From the NCBI GenBank assembly GCA_903925275.1, contig CAIYES010000317.1, forward strand, positions 89-64,088: 64,000 nt of DNA, in the 5' to 3' direction. Shown here one piece after another: positions 36,404-47,500 of the stretch. The notes beneath the pieces are model-generated. The model saw only the letters and a list, made by a program, of their open reading frames with translations. It was not told the DNA's origin and searched no databases. Within the stretch, counting starts at the first letter, position 1, and the number at the start of each line of letters is the position of its first letter. Both the position numbers and the translations under genes were made by a program. The stretch is from an uncultured Bacteroidales bacterium. Lineage in GTDB: Bacteria; Bacteroidota; Bacteroidia; Bacteroidales; FEN-979.

Positions 36404-37699
36404 CTAAAGTACTTCAACCAGTTTTTCAAGCTTTATGCCCCGTGATCCCTTGATTAATATGGTTGCATCCATAATTTTATGATGTTCTAACCACATTTTT
36501 GCCAATTCATTGTCGTGAAAACAGATGTTTTTCCGTGTGTTGTTCATCCGGGTAAAAACAGGACCAACAAGATATGTATGGGCAAAATCCAGATGGTCGA
36601 GCAATTCCAGCATACGTTGATGTTCATGATCGGATTCTGTTCCGAGTTCAAGCATATCGCCAAGGATAACCGTCTTTTCGGGGTAGTCAGTTTCAGCGAA
36701 GGTGGTCAAGGCTGCCTCCATGCTGGCAGGATTGGCATTGTAAGCATCGAGGATCAGCAGGTTGTGTTCGGTTTTGGTAATCTGTGAACGGTTATTGTCG
36801 GGCTGATATGCCTCTATGGCCTTTTTTATCTGTGCCGGTGGCACGTTGAATTGCTGCCCGATAGAGGCTGCAGCCAGTATGTTGGAAGAATTGTAACGGC
36901 CATAAAGCTTTGATTCGATGGTCAAAGTTGTTTGGTCACGGAATTGAAGTTGCATGGTAACAAATGGATCTGCAGTGATACTGGTTGCAACAACATCTGC
37001 AGGGAAGTCTCCATAGGTGATAACATCGGTACCCGTAACATGCTTTTTAAGCAATCCATCCTGATTGTTGAGGAAAATCCTGCCACCATTTTCCTGAAGG
37101 AACCGGTAAAGTTCAGTTTTGGTACTGATGACCCCTTCGAAGCCTCCAAATCCTTCAAGGTGAGCCTTCCCGATGTTGGTGATAAGTCCAAAATCAGGTT
37201 GTGCAATGCGGCAAAGGAAATCGATCTCTCCGGGATGATTTGCCCCCATTTCAACAAGTGCGATCTCTGTCTCCTTCGTCAGGTTCAACAGTGTAAGTGG
37301 TACGCCAAGGTGATTGTTGAAGTTACCCCTGGTTGCAAGTGTCTGGTATTTTTCAGAAAGCACTGCATACGCAAGCTCTTTCGTAGTGGTTTTTCCATTG
37401 GTGCCGGTGATTCCCACAACCGGGATATTGAATTGAATCCGGTGATGACGGGCAAGATCCTGCAATGCTGAGAGCACATCGTTAACGAGGATGCATCGGT
37501 CGTTGACCATATAAGTCGGATCATCAACAAAGGCATAAAGGGCACCTTTCGCCAATGCACCTGCTGCAAATTCATTTCCGTTGAATGATGCTCCTTTCAA
37601 TGCAAAGAACAGCGATTCAGGCTGAACCCTGCGACTATCGGTCGAAATTACGGGGTGTTCCAGAAAAAGTGGATATATGATTTTCGTGATTTCAGTCAT
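36404..37699 (-). CDS. murF: UDP-N-acetylmuramoyl-tripeptide--D-alanyl-D-alanine ligase
   Basis: VVGITGTNGKTTTKE, EMGANHPGEI, DAYNANP. I prefer the ATG at 37699 (MTEITKII...) to the TTG at 37723. Confidence 0.85.
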   Translation of the reverse strand: MTEITKIIYPLFLEHPVISTDSRRVQPESLFFALKGASFNGNEFAAGALAKGALYAFVDDPTYMVNDRCILVNDVLSALQDLARHHRIQFNIPVVGITGTNGKTTTKELAYAVLSEKYQTLATRGNFNNHLGVPLTLLNLTKETEIALVEMGANHPGEIDFLCRIAQPDFGLITNIGKAHLEGFGGFEGVISTKTELYRFLQENGGRIFLNNQDGLLKKHVTGTDVITYGDFPADVVATSITADPFVTMQLQFRDQTTLTIESKLYGRYNSSNILAAASIGQQFNVPPAQIKKAIEAYQPDNNRSQITKTEHNLLILDAYNANPASMEAALTTFAETDYPEKTVILGDMLELGTESDHEHQRMLELLDHLDFAHTYLVGPVFTRMNNTRKNICFHDNELAKMWLEHHKIMDATILIKGSRGIKLEKLVEVL

Positions 37700-37782
37700 A
37701 ACGGTTTTTGAAAGTCGTGGCAAAATAAATAAAAAACCCCGTCTCGTTCACGAAACGGGGTTTAAATCTTTTGAAGAAATGG

Positions 37783-39333
37783 TTATTTACCGGCAATAGA
37801 TCCGCCAACGCGTGTCATTGCGCAACGGAAGCCAATGGCATCGGATTTAGCTGTTTCATCAAGATACCGGCGTGTACCGGGGCTCATATAAAAAGCCTGA
37901 TCTTTCCAGTTGCCTCCCTTGTAAACACGTGCATGGTCGTTGATGAGCGAGCTCACTTCAAATTCATACATCAGGTTTGTTGCATTTTTTAAATTCGTAG
38001 TGTCTTTCCAAACGCCGTTATCAACGTTGGAGGCATAATCACCATCCAGGTAATTGATATTGTCGGCTTTGTTGTAATTTCTGCGAAACCTCGCATTGGC
38101 ATCGGTAACGTCCTCGTAAACGATGTGTCCAAATTTGTCTTTATTTACCAGTGCGCCTGTAGCAGGGTTGACAACCTTCTCCTGGAAGAGATTGCCACGG
38201 TATGGGCGCAGGTCGGTTACGTCATATGAATTTAATGGACGGTAAACATCCAACACCCATTCACTTACGTTGCCTGCCATGTTGTAAAGGCCATAATCGT
38301 TGGGGAAATAGGAGCCGCATGCTGCAGGGATATCGGCGGCATCATTCAGATTGCCGGCAACACCCATGTAATCGCCTTTGCCACGTTTGAAGTTATCCAT
38401 AAAACTGCCGTAATACCGCGACTCGAGGGTACGCACATAATTGCCGTTCCAGGGATAATTTTTACGTTCAACGACTCTTTCATAAAGGGTATTTCCAATG
38501 AGGCCGAGGGCAGCAAATTCCCATTCGGCTTCAGTCGGGAGTCTGTATTTTGGCAATAAAATTCCGTCTTCCATCCTTACGATTCGCCCTTCACTGCCTT
38601 TGCCGGATTTAGCATTGATATTTGGTAAATTTTGTGTTGCGGGGGCTCCCTTGGCCGGTTTTCGGCCGGATTGCACACCAATGTTAGGTAAATTTTGATT
38701 TACCAAACCCTCATATTGTCCGGCAAGATAAGCTTCAGTATTGAAATTGTTTTCATTTTTTTGATCAGGGTCCCAATTGAGAATTCCACGCTTGATCAGA
38801 AGCATCTCGTTTACACGGTCGGTACGCCACTGGCAATAATCATTGGCCTGTACCCAGCTTACGCCGACTACCGGATAATTACGATAGGCAGGATGGCGGA
38901 GATAATACTCCACCAATGGTTCGTTGTAAGCCAGTTTATCGCGCCATACCAGGGTATCGGGCAGTGCATTGCGGTAAACAGCCGGGAAGTCGGTTGAATA
39001 CACACGATCGAGCCAGAAAAGGTATTCAAGATAATCGAGGTTGCGTACCTCGGTTTCATCCATGTAAAAACTGGAAACAGTCACTCTGCGGGGACTGTTG
39101 TCCCAATCGAACATTACATCATCCTGGGTGTTTCCCATGGCAAATGTTCCACCTTCGATAAAAACAAGGCCTGGCCCGGTTTCCTGGTCTGCATACTGAC
39201 GAACTTCGAATCCTCCGTTCTTGGGATTGTTGTAATCCCAGCCAGTGGAACGGGAAGGTTCTTTCTTGCAGGCCCCAACTAAAAGGATGGCAACAACGAA
39301 GCCACTTACCTGAAATAATCTGTTGATTTTCAT
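37783..39333 (-). CDS. gldJ: gliding motility / T9SS lipoprotein GldJ (FGE-sulfatase fold)
   Basis: The lipoprotein signal is ...LLVGACKK. GLVFIEGGTFAMG...VTVSSFYMDETEVRNLDY...YPWNG...GGNWKD is the SUMF1/FGE-like fold. It is not followed by gldLMN (so not GldK) and lies next to murF and porU/porV, as I recall for Flavobacterium. Confidence 0.75.
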   Translation of the reverse strand: MKINRLFQVSGFVVAILLVGACKKEPSRSTGWDYNNPKNGGFEVRQYADQETGPGLVFIEGGTFAMGNTQDDVMFDWDNSPRRVTVSSFYMDETEVRNLDYLEYLFWLDRVYSTDFPAVYRNALPDTLVWRDKLAYNEPLVEYYLRHPAYRNYPVVGVSWVQANDYCQWRTDRVNEMLLIKRGILNWDPDQKNENNFNTEAYLAGQYEGLVNQNLPNIGVQSGRKPAKGAPATQNLPNINAKSGKGSEGRIVRMEDGILLPKYRLPTEAEWEFAALGLIGNTLYERVVERKNYPWNGNYVRTLESRYYGSFMDNFKRGKGDYMGVAGNLNDAADIPAACGSYFPNDYGLYNMAGNVSEWVLDVYRPLNSYDVTDLRPYRGNLFQEKVVNPATGALVNKDKFGHIVYEDVTDANARFRRNYNKADNINYLDGDYASNVDNGVWKDTTNLKNATNLMYEFEVSSLINDHARVYKGGNWKDQAFYMSPGTRRYLDETAKSDAIGFRCAMTRVGGSIAGK

Positions 39334-39360
39334 GCGTTGAAAATTTTTACAAATATATAA

Positions 39361-40353
39361 CTAAAATCTCGGACATTTTATTGCCCTGATACGCATTCTT
39401 TTTTCAATGCATGGAAATTGCCATGAGGCTGATACTTCGTGTGCCCCGCCAGACACGCTTTTCAGCTTACTTATAGTGAAATCGTAACTGTATCCCACCC
39501 GCAAATTTTTATAATGAATTCCCAGCATCGGGATGAGTGCATCGGCATTTTCGAAGTTGTGACGAAACCAAAGCCCGCCAACAAACGGATCAATGGTAAG
39601 GTACACGCCAATATTCAACTGGTGGAATTTAAACTGTTGCTGGTAGAGGATATTGGGTGAAATTGAAAATTCACGGTCTTCGTCGGCGCTGCCGTTAGAG
39701 CTCAGGTTAATGGATGAACCGATGTGTACGGTATATTTTATTGGCAGGTAGGTGGAATTGTCGGCATAGAAACCGATTTTTGGCCGTGTCAGATGGTCAA
39801 CGGCGAGGCCTCCGTATACAAGATCGCTATAACTGAGGAATACCCCTGCAGAGAAATCCGGTACCCCCACACTGCTGTTATCAGGCTGCTTTTCGGCAGT
39901 TGGAAGGATAAAACCTCCCTGAGGATCGATCATATCTTCAAAACGCAGGTTTTCCCACACAAGCCGCCGCTGGTAGTATCCCGCCCTGATGGCGCCACTG
40001 GCCTGCAGATTCCTGCTCAGGTTTAATTTATAAGCATACATCAGGCTGATGACCGTTGTGTTGAGGTTTCCCCCCCCTGCACGGTCGGCGGTAACGAGTA
40101 ACCCAACGCCACCATGCAAAAAACCAACATATTGATCGTACGAAAAACTATAGGTGTTAAAGGCTTTTCCGATCCCCGGCCATTGATTGCGGTAGTTGCC
40201 TATCACCCGCGGGCAAATCGTAATCCCGGCCATGGCAGGGTTCAGATAGAGGGGATTGGCATAAAATTGGGAGAACTCTGGGTCCTGAGCATAAACTTCC
40301 CCCATGATAAACGGAAATGCTAACAACACGATAATCGAAAATCTTCTGATCAT
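39361..40353 (-). CDS. PorP/SprF family T9SS membrane protein
   Basis: A signal peptide is followed by AQDPEFSQFYANPLYLNPAMAG, the canonical PorP/SprF N-terminus. It is ~330 aa with beta-barrel-like patterning. Confidence 0.85.
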   Translation of the reverse strand: MIRRFSIIVLLAFPFIMGEVYAQDPEFSQFYANPLYLNPAMAGITICPRVIGNYRNQWPGIGKAFNTYSFSYDQYVGFLHGGVGLLVTADRAGGGNLNTTVISLMYAYKLNLSRNLQASGAIRAGYYQRRLVWENLRFEDMIDPQGGFILPTAEKQPDNSSVGVPDFSAGVFLSYSDLVYGGLAVDHLTRPKIGFYADNSTYLPIKYTVHIGSSINLSSNGSADEDREFSISPNILYQQQFKFHQLNIGVYLTIDPFVGGLWFRHNFENADALIPMLGIHYKNLRVGYSYDFTISKLKSVSGGAHEVSASWQFPCIEKRMRIRAIKCPRF

Positions 40354-40635
40354 GGTTGGTTGTTGTATCCTGATTAATTAAGGGTTACAATATTACGAAT
40401 TATTTACATACCCAAAGGGTCAACGACAATATTAACAAACAGTCAACGTTAAAAATGGTAATAAAATATGCTTCATGTGGTAATATTTTTTTTTTGATGG
40501 TCACATGGAATACCCGTAATTGTCAGCAGCGGTTTGTACTGGTATGATTTTTATGAAAATGCCATATAATATTTTTACCTGGCAGCAACTTTTACATTAA
40601 AAAGTTTGTCCTTATTTAATCATTGAAACCGTCAT

Positions 40636-43600
40636 ATGTATAGGAAAAATCACTTTCTTTCGGTCATATTTATCATTATTTTCACTTGTACAACTGCATT
40701 GGCCGGCATGGCTCAGGAGTCAAGCCAGGAACGTGAATGTACGATTTCATGGCATCCTCCCCGGGTGACCGGAAATGAAGGATCGTCCAGCGTTGGTATA
40801 TTGTCGTTCAGGGGTTCTGCGCTGCGCTCCGAATCAGGGTTGTTGCCGGTTTTCATACAATCTTTTCCATTTGATCCCCGCCACGATTCAGTTAGCCGGT
40901 TGACCATCAGTAACCAGGTATTTGAGAAATTCAATGAACAGGTACCGTTCATGGGAGAGGAAAAAATTTCACCTGAAATCCAGTTGTATCGCGATTTGTC
41001 GGTAACAAAAAAGACACCCTCCATGATGGTTTCACTGGTCCCGCTTCGCAGGGATCCGGCCACTGGATCCATTGAACGGCTGGTTTCCTTTACGCTGGTT
41101 CTGGAGGTCGTTAAACACACAGCCGATCCTGCACCCAAATCATCAAATACCTATGCGCAACATTCGGTGCTTGCCTCCGGAAGCTGGTTTAAATTTGCCA
41201 TTTCAACCAGCGGGATTTTTCGTTTAACTTATGATGATCTGAAAAAAGCAGGCGTTGATGTTGGCGCTATTGATCCGCGAAACCTTAGAATATATGGTAA
41301 CGGCGGTGGAATGCTGCCTGAAGCAAATGCTACGCCGCGTATCGACGACCTGATGGAAAATGCCATTGTAGTGTATGGTGAGGAAGATGGCCGGTTTGAT
41401 CAGGGTGATTACCTGCTTTTTTATGGCCAGTCACCCGATCAATGGGTTTACAGCCGACCGGATCATTTATTTCATCACCAAAAAAATGTCTATGCCGATC
41501 AGGCATATTATTTCCTGAACTATGACATAGGGACAGGCAAGCGTGTGGTTTCAGAATCCTCCACTTCGAAACCTGCAACTTTCAATGCAACCAGTTTCGA
41601 TGATTTTGCTTTTTACGAAAAGGATGAAGTCAATCTGATCAAATCGGGACGAATATGGTGGGATCATCAATATTTCGACATGACGGTAACCCGCAATTTT
41701 TCATTCAGCTTCCCGAACATTGACAACACCAGGCCGGTATCCGTTTCTGCCGATGTTGCAGCACGTTCAATGAACGAAAATACATCATTTGTTGTTTCTG
41801 CCCAGGGTTCTGAGTTGATGGCGATCAATATTCCGGCAACATCTGGTGGCTTTGAGGACTATTATGCAAAGGAAAAATCAGGTTCGGCAACATTCACCAC
41901 CTCAAACCAGGTGATTGAAGTGAACCTGAATTTCATCAGACGTTCGGCCAGCTCGGTCGGATATCTTAATTATATTGAATTAAATGCCATGCGGTTGTTA
42001 ACCATGAACGGTTCGCAAATGTCGTTTCGTTCGGCAGCCGGCACAGGGGCGAACAGCGTCACGGAATTTACGTTGAACGGGAACGGACAGAATCTTCAGA
42101 TATGGGATGTTAGCGATGGTGGAAATATCAAACACATTGAATCAACCCTGAGTAGCGGGAATTATATTTTCAGGGTTGAGACCGATACTTTGCATGAATT
42201 CCTGGCATTCGATGGTTCAACTTTCAATGTTCCCGAATACATTGGCCGGGTTGAAAACCAGGATCTCCACGGTACGCCGGTAGCCGATTATTTAATTGTT
42301 TGTCATCCTTCATTTTTGGATCAGGCTGAGCGTCTGGCCGAATTTCATAGAAATCATAGTAACTTGTCGGTGTTTATCACCACCCCCGAAAAAATTTACA
42401 GCGAATTTTCTTCAGGGGCGCAGGATATCACGGCGATCCGCGACTATGTCCGGATGATGTACAACAAAGCAGAGCCCGGGAAGGAGCCCAAATACCTCCT
42501 GCTTTTCGGCGATGCTTCATACGATTACAAAAGCCGTATCCAGGACAATACCAATTTTGTTCCGGCCTTTGAATCGGTCGAGTCCCTTTCTCCTTCTGAT
42601 TCTTTCGTCTCTGACGATTATTTCGGATTGCTTGATCCCAACGAAGGACAATCTGCCAATGGTGTTCTTGACATCGGCGTTGGCCGGTTCCCTGTCTCTA
42701 CGGATGAACAGGCAAAGGGTGCTGTTGATAAGGTGCTCCAATATTGTGCAAACAATGATACCGTTAAAAACGACTGGCGCAATGTGGTCACGTTTGTTGC
42801 CGACGATCAGAACGATGGCGGAAATTTGTTTATCAACGATTCCGAGGATCTCGCCGGCACCATTGAAAATTCATACAAAACCTACAACATTGATAAAATT
42901 TACTCGGATGCTTACACGATGATCTCTACTTCGGGCGGAGCGCTTTATCCTGATGTAAATACTGCAATCAACAAACGGGTGGAAAAAGGAACACTCATTA
43001 TGAATTATGTCGGTCATGGTGGTGAAGACAGATGGGCACACGAACGCATCCTCGAAGTCCCGGATATCCAGAACTGGCGTAATATTGCCAACATGCCTGT
43101 TTTTGTTACGGCTACCTGTGAATTCAGCCGTTTCGACGACCCGAAACGTACTTCAGCGGGGGAGTGGGTCTTCCTTAACCCCCTGGGAGGCGGTATTGCA
43201 CTCTTTACAACCACCAGGCTCACCTATGCCGGGCTGAATAAAGCATTACTCGTCAACTTTTATAATGATGTCTTTCAAAAAAATGCAGACGGTTACATGA
43301 AATTAGGCGACCTGTTGATCGCATCTAAGACCAACATGGGGAGTTCGCCCAATATTCATGCTTTTGTTTTACTGGGAGATCCGGCCATGCAAATGGCCTA
43401 TCCGGAACTGAATGTTGTTACCACTTCGGTTAACTCAAATACCTCTTCTACAGTGCCAGACACGTTGAAAGCTCTAGCTGAAGTCACCATTACCGGAGAA
43501 GTACAAAGCAGCCCGGGTCAAACGGCAGTAAACTTTTCAGGAACGGTTTTCCCGACTGTTTTTGATAAATCTTCTGAAAACTGGACGAAAGCCAATCAGC

Positions 43601-44487
43601 AACAGGGTCCTAAGGTGCAATTCTTTTTACGCAAAAACCCAGTTTATAAAGGGAAAGTGAATGTGGTAAACGGTAAATTCACCTTCTCGTTTATTGTTCC
43701 CAAGGATATTGCCTTGCAATATGGCATAGGAAAGATAAGTTATTACGCCCGGAGTCCGGAAACTGATGCCAATGGGTTCGATTTCAATATACAGGTTGGA
43801 GGATATAACAACCAGGCTACATTAGATACCCAGGGTCCTGATGTTGCCCTGTTTATGAATAATTACGATTTTGTTTCAGGTGGCATAACCAGTCAAAATC
43901 CCGTCCTGCTGGCCGATGTGAGCGATTCTTCCGGGATCAACGCCGTTGGAAATGGCATTGGGCACGATATCGCGGCGGTACTTGATGAAAAGACCACAAC
44001 CCCTATCATCCTGAATGATTATTATGTTTCAGACCTCGACACCTATAAAACCGGAAAGATAGCCTATCCGCTCAGCTCTCTCTCCGATGGGCCGCATCAA
44101 ATTACAATGAAAGTCTGGGATATTTACAACAATTCAACGGATGCAACCATTGATTTCATCGTGGTTTCTTCCGCCGAATTTGGCTTTCAGCATTTGTTTA
44201 ATTTCCCAAATCCCATGAAAGACCAAACGACCTTTTCGTGGGAAACCAACCAGGTAAACCAACAACTTGAAATGGAAATACGTATTTTTACCTTGACTGG
44301 CAGCCTGATCAAAACCCTGCGTCAAACAATCTATTCAACAGGGTTCAGGGCCACCTCTATCCAATGGGACGGCACCCAGGACGATGGAAGGAAAATAAGT
44401 ACCGGGTTATACGTTTACCAGGCTCAAATGATGATACCAGACGGAACTGCCAGGCGAATAACCTCAAAGTTGGTCGTTATCCGTTAA
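40636..44487 (+). CDS. porU: T9SS sortase PorU (C25 gingipain-fold peptidase), long form
   Basis: YLLLFGDASYDYK, IGVGRFPV, NYVGHGGEDRW (catalytic His context), VFVTATCEFSRFDDP (catalytic Cys context), LLGDPAM and the beta-rich C-terminal domain ...GLYVYQAQMM...KLVVIR. It lies upstream of porV. Confidence 0.85.
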   Translation: MYRKNHFLSVIFIIIFTCTTALAGMAQESSQERECTISWHPPRVTGNEGSSSVGILSFRGSALRSESGLLPVFIQSFPFDPRHDSVSRLTISNQVFEKFNEQVPFMGEEKISPEIQLYRDLSVTKKTPSMMVSLVPLRRDPATGSIERLVSFTLVLEVVKHTADPAPKSSNTYAQHSVLASGSWFKFAISTSGIFRLTYDDLKKAGVDVGAIDPRNLRIYGNGGGMLPEANATPRIDDLMENAIVVYGEEDGRFDQGDYLLFYGQSPDQWVYSRPDHLFHHQKNVYADQAYYFLNYDIGTGKRVVSESSTSKPATFNATSFDDFAFYEKDEVNLIKSGRIWWDHQYFDMTVTRNFSFSFPNIDNTRPVSVSADVAARSMNENTSFVVSAQGSELMAINIPATSGGFEDYYAKEKSGSATFTTSNQVIEVNLNFIRRSASSVGYLNYIELNAMRLLTMNGSQMSFRSAAGTGANSVTEFTLNGNGQNLQIWDVSDGGNIKHIESTLSSGNYIFRVETDTLHEFLAFDGSTFNVPEYIGRVENQDLHGTPVADYLIVCHPSFLDQAERLAEFHRNHSNLSVFITTPEKIYSEFSSGAQDITAIRDYVRMMYNKAEPGKEPKYLLLFGDASYDYKSRIQDNTNFVPAFESVESLSPSDSFVSDDYFGLLDPNEGQSANGVLDIGVGRFPVSTDEQAKGAVDKVLQYCANNDTVKNDWRNVVTFVADDQNDGGNLFINDSEDLAGTIENSYKTYNIDKIYSDAYTMISTSGGALYPDVNTAINKRVEKGTLIMNYVGHGGEDRWAHERILEVPDIQNWRNIANMPVFVTATCEFSRFDDPKRTSAGEWVFLNPLGGGIALFTTTRLTYAGLNKALLVNFYNDVFQKNADGYMKLGDLLIASKTNMGSSPNIHAFVLLGDPAMQMAYPELNVVTTSVNSNTSSTVPDTLKALAEVTITGEVQSSPGQTAVNFSGTVFPTVFDKSSENWTKANQQQGPKVQFFLRKNPVYKGKVNVVNGKFTFSFIVPKDIALQYGIGKISYYARSPETDANGFDFNIQVGGYNNQATLDTQGPDVALFMNNYDFVSGGITSQNPVLLADVSDSSGINAVGNGIGHDIAAVLDEKTTTPIILNDYYVSDLDTYKTGKIAYPLSSLSDGPHQITMKVWDIYNNSTDATIDFIVVSSAEFGFQHLFNFPNPMKDQTTFSWETNQVNQQLEMEIRIFTLTGSLIKTLRQTIYSTGFRATSIQWDGTQDDGRKISTGLYVYQAQMMIPDGTARRITSKLVVIR

Positions 44488-44506
44488 ATGCATATTTTTG
44501 CAAACC

Positions 44507-47500
44507 ATGCGCACAATGCTTCTGAAAAAGATATATATATTCATTTTGTTTCTTTTGCCGGCACTCGTTCTGGCAGGAATACCACATAAAAATTCTTCGG
44601 TACTTGCAACCGGCCGGTGGTACAAGCTGGCTGTTGCCAACACGGGTATTCATCAGTTAACCTTTAATGATATTCAATCTATGGGTGTCGACCCGGGTAC
44701 GGTTGACATTGACAAGATCCGTATTTTTGGAAATGGCTCCGGGATGCTGTCGGAGAACAATACCGCTCCGCGGATCGACGACCTGAGGGAAATTGCTATC
44801 CAGGTTGAAGATGGGGGAGATGGGCAATTCGATGCTTCCGACTATATCCTTTTTTATGGCGAAGGTGCCGATAAATGGAGTTTCGACCTGGCTAACCGGT
44901 ACTTTTCACATCAGCGCAACCTCTATGCCGATTCCTCCTATTACTTTCTTAATTTCGACCAGGGTAAAGGCAGGCGCGTTCAATTATTCCCGGCATTAAC
45001 GGCTACACCAAATAATTATTCTGTTCGGTTTGACGATTATTTGCTGCATGAATCAGATAACCTGAACCTTATCAAATCAGGAAAGGAGTGGTATGGTGAA
45101 TTCTTCGACAATGCAAAGAATTCCTGGGATATCCCTTTCTATTTCCCGAATATCGATAGTTTGATACCTGTTCGGTTGCGGACCTCTCTTGCAGCCAATG
45201 CCCCGACGCCAAGCTATTTTATCATTTCCCAGAACGGCAATAAAATTGATTCTCTGAAAGTCGACTCATCAAATCCTGCCGACTTTACGCTTGCCGGAAC
45301 ATCAAAGTTCAAACAAACAACTATTCTTCATCCCCATTCCGATCAAACAATTACCCTCACCTACAATTTACCCCTTGTCAATTCACATGGCTGGTTAAAT
45401 TACCTGGAGTTAAATTGTTCGCGAATGCTTAAATGGGTCAACCCCCAGATGCGATTCAGAGATTACAACAGTGTCGGAGCAGGAAGGATCACCGAATTCG
45501 CCATGAGAAATGCCAATTCCCAGGTCAGGGTTTGGGATGTTACTGATCCTTCAACAACCCTTGCTTACGAAACAACACTCACCAATAGTGTGTTGAAATT
45601 CAAGCAGGCTACCGACACGCTCCGCGAATGCATTGCTTTTGACGGTTCCTATTACTATCCGGTGACATATGCCGGTGAAGTCCAAAATCAGAATTTGCAC
45701 GCCGATGAACCCGTTGACCTGGTTATCGTTACCAACCCGTTGTTTAAATCGCAGGCAGATCAGTTGGCCGCATTTCATCGCCAGCATAACGGACTCAGCG
45801 TGCAGGTTGTTACCTCAACCCAGGTTTTTAACGAATTTGCCTCTGGACAACGTGATCCCTCGGCGATCCGTGATTACATGAAAATGGTTTTTGACAGAGC
45901 CGGAACTGATAATCAGCCAAGGTATCTTTTACTTTTTGGCGATGGATCCTACGATCCGAAAAACCGAATCCCGGGCAACAATAATCTGATCCCGACTTTT
46001 CAGTCACCCGAATCGTTAAATTCAACAAAAAGTTATGTAACCGACGATTATTTCGGTATCCTGGACGATAATTCAGGCCAGGAAGCAAATGGCAGGATCA
46101 ATCTCGGAATCGGCCGTCTGCCTGTTTCCGATACCATTCAGGCACAAACCATGGTTGACAAAATTATTCACTATTCATCCAGAAATTATCCGGTACAATC
46201 CGATTGGCGCAATACATTTACGTTTGTAGCCGATGATGAAAACAACAACCTTCACCTTCACCAGGCAGAAGAACTGACAGCCATCGTTGCGGCTAATTAC
46301 CCGTTGTTTAACGTGAATAAAATCTATTTTGATGCATTTAAATTAATCGAAATTCCCGGAGGCAGCCGCTTTCCCGATGTTAATCCTACGATAAATGACG
46401 TTGTTGCAAAAGGTTCCCTGATCATCAATTATACCGGCCATGGTGGTGAAACTGGATGGAGCTATGAACAAGCGCTGACAACGGCCGACATCAATTCATG
46501 GAATAATGCTGACAAACTTCCTGTGTTCGTCACCGCAACCTGTGAATTCAGCAGGTTTGATAACCCGGAGCGTTTTACAGCAGGTGAAATGGTGATCCTC
46601 CATCCCAACGGGGGAGCAATTGCACTATATTCCACAACACGCCTTGCCTTTGCCGGGCTGAATATTTTACTTGATACCTGTTTTTTTCACCACCTTATGG
46701 ATAAAGCCAGCGATGGTCAATATGTCAAAATGGGAGATCTCATCAGGATATCAAAAAACAACAATCACAACAATTTTCAACTTCGCAATTTTGTTTTGCT
46801 GGGCGACCCGGCTCAGGGCATTGCGTTCGCCGACAATAACGTAAGAACCATCTCGGTTAACGAGCAGCCGGTCAACCAGCCCGATACAGCCAAAGGTTTA
46901 TCAACGGTTACCGTGAAAGGGCTGATCGAAGACATTAACGGGCAAAAGATCACGTCATTCGATGGTATTGTCAATTGCAAAGTGTTTGATAAGCCCATGA
47001 TCAACACGACCCTTGGTAACCGTCCCGGACAGGATGGCTCGTATCCTGAAGCATTTAAAATACAAAACAGCATCCTTTTCAAAGGGGATGTACCGGTAAA
47101 ATCCGGAGAATTTCAGTTTTCGTTCGTGATGCCTAAAGGAATTTCCCTGCAATTCGGGAAAGGAAAGCTGAGTTATTATGCATACAATAGTGAAACCGAT
47201 GCATCCGGATATTCGGATCAGATTATCATCGGAGGTAAGGAAAATTCAGTGAACCCCGAGAACCAGGGGCCGGCTATTTCCCTCTGGCTCAACGACCGGA
47301 GTTTCGTTTCAGGCGATAAAACCGGGAGCACCCCGATTCTGCTGGCTGATCTGTATGACACCAACGGAATCAATTGCCTGGGATTGGGGATTGGCCATGA
47401 AATTGAAGCCGTGCTCGACAACGACCATGCCCATGCATTGGTACTGAACGACTATTTTGAGTCGGGGTTCAACTCCTACACCAGGGGAAGTGTCACCTAC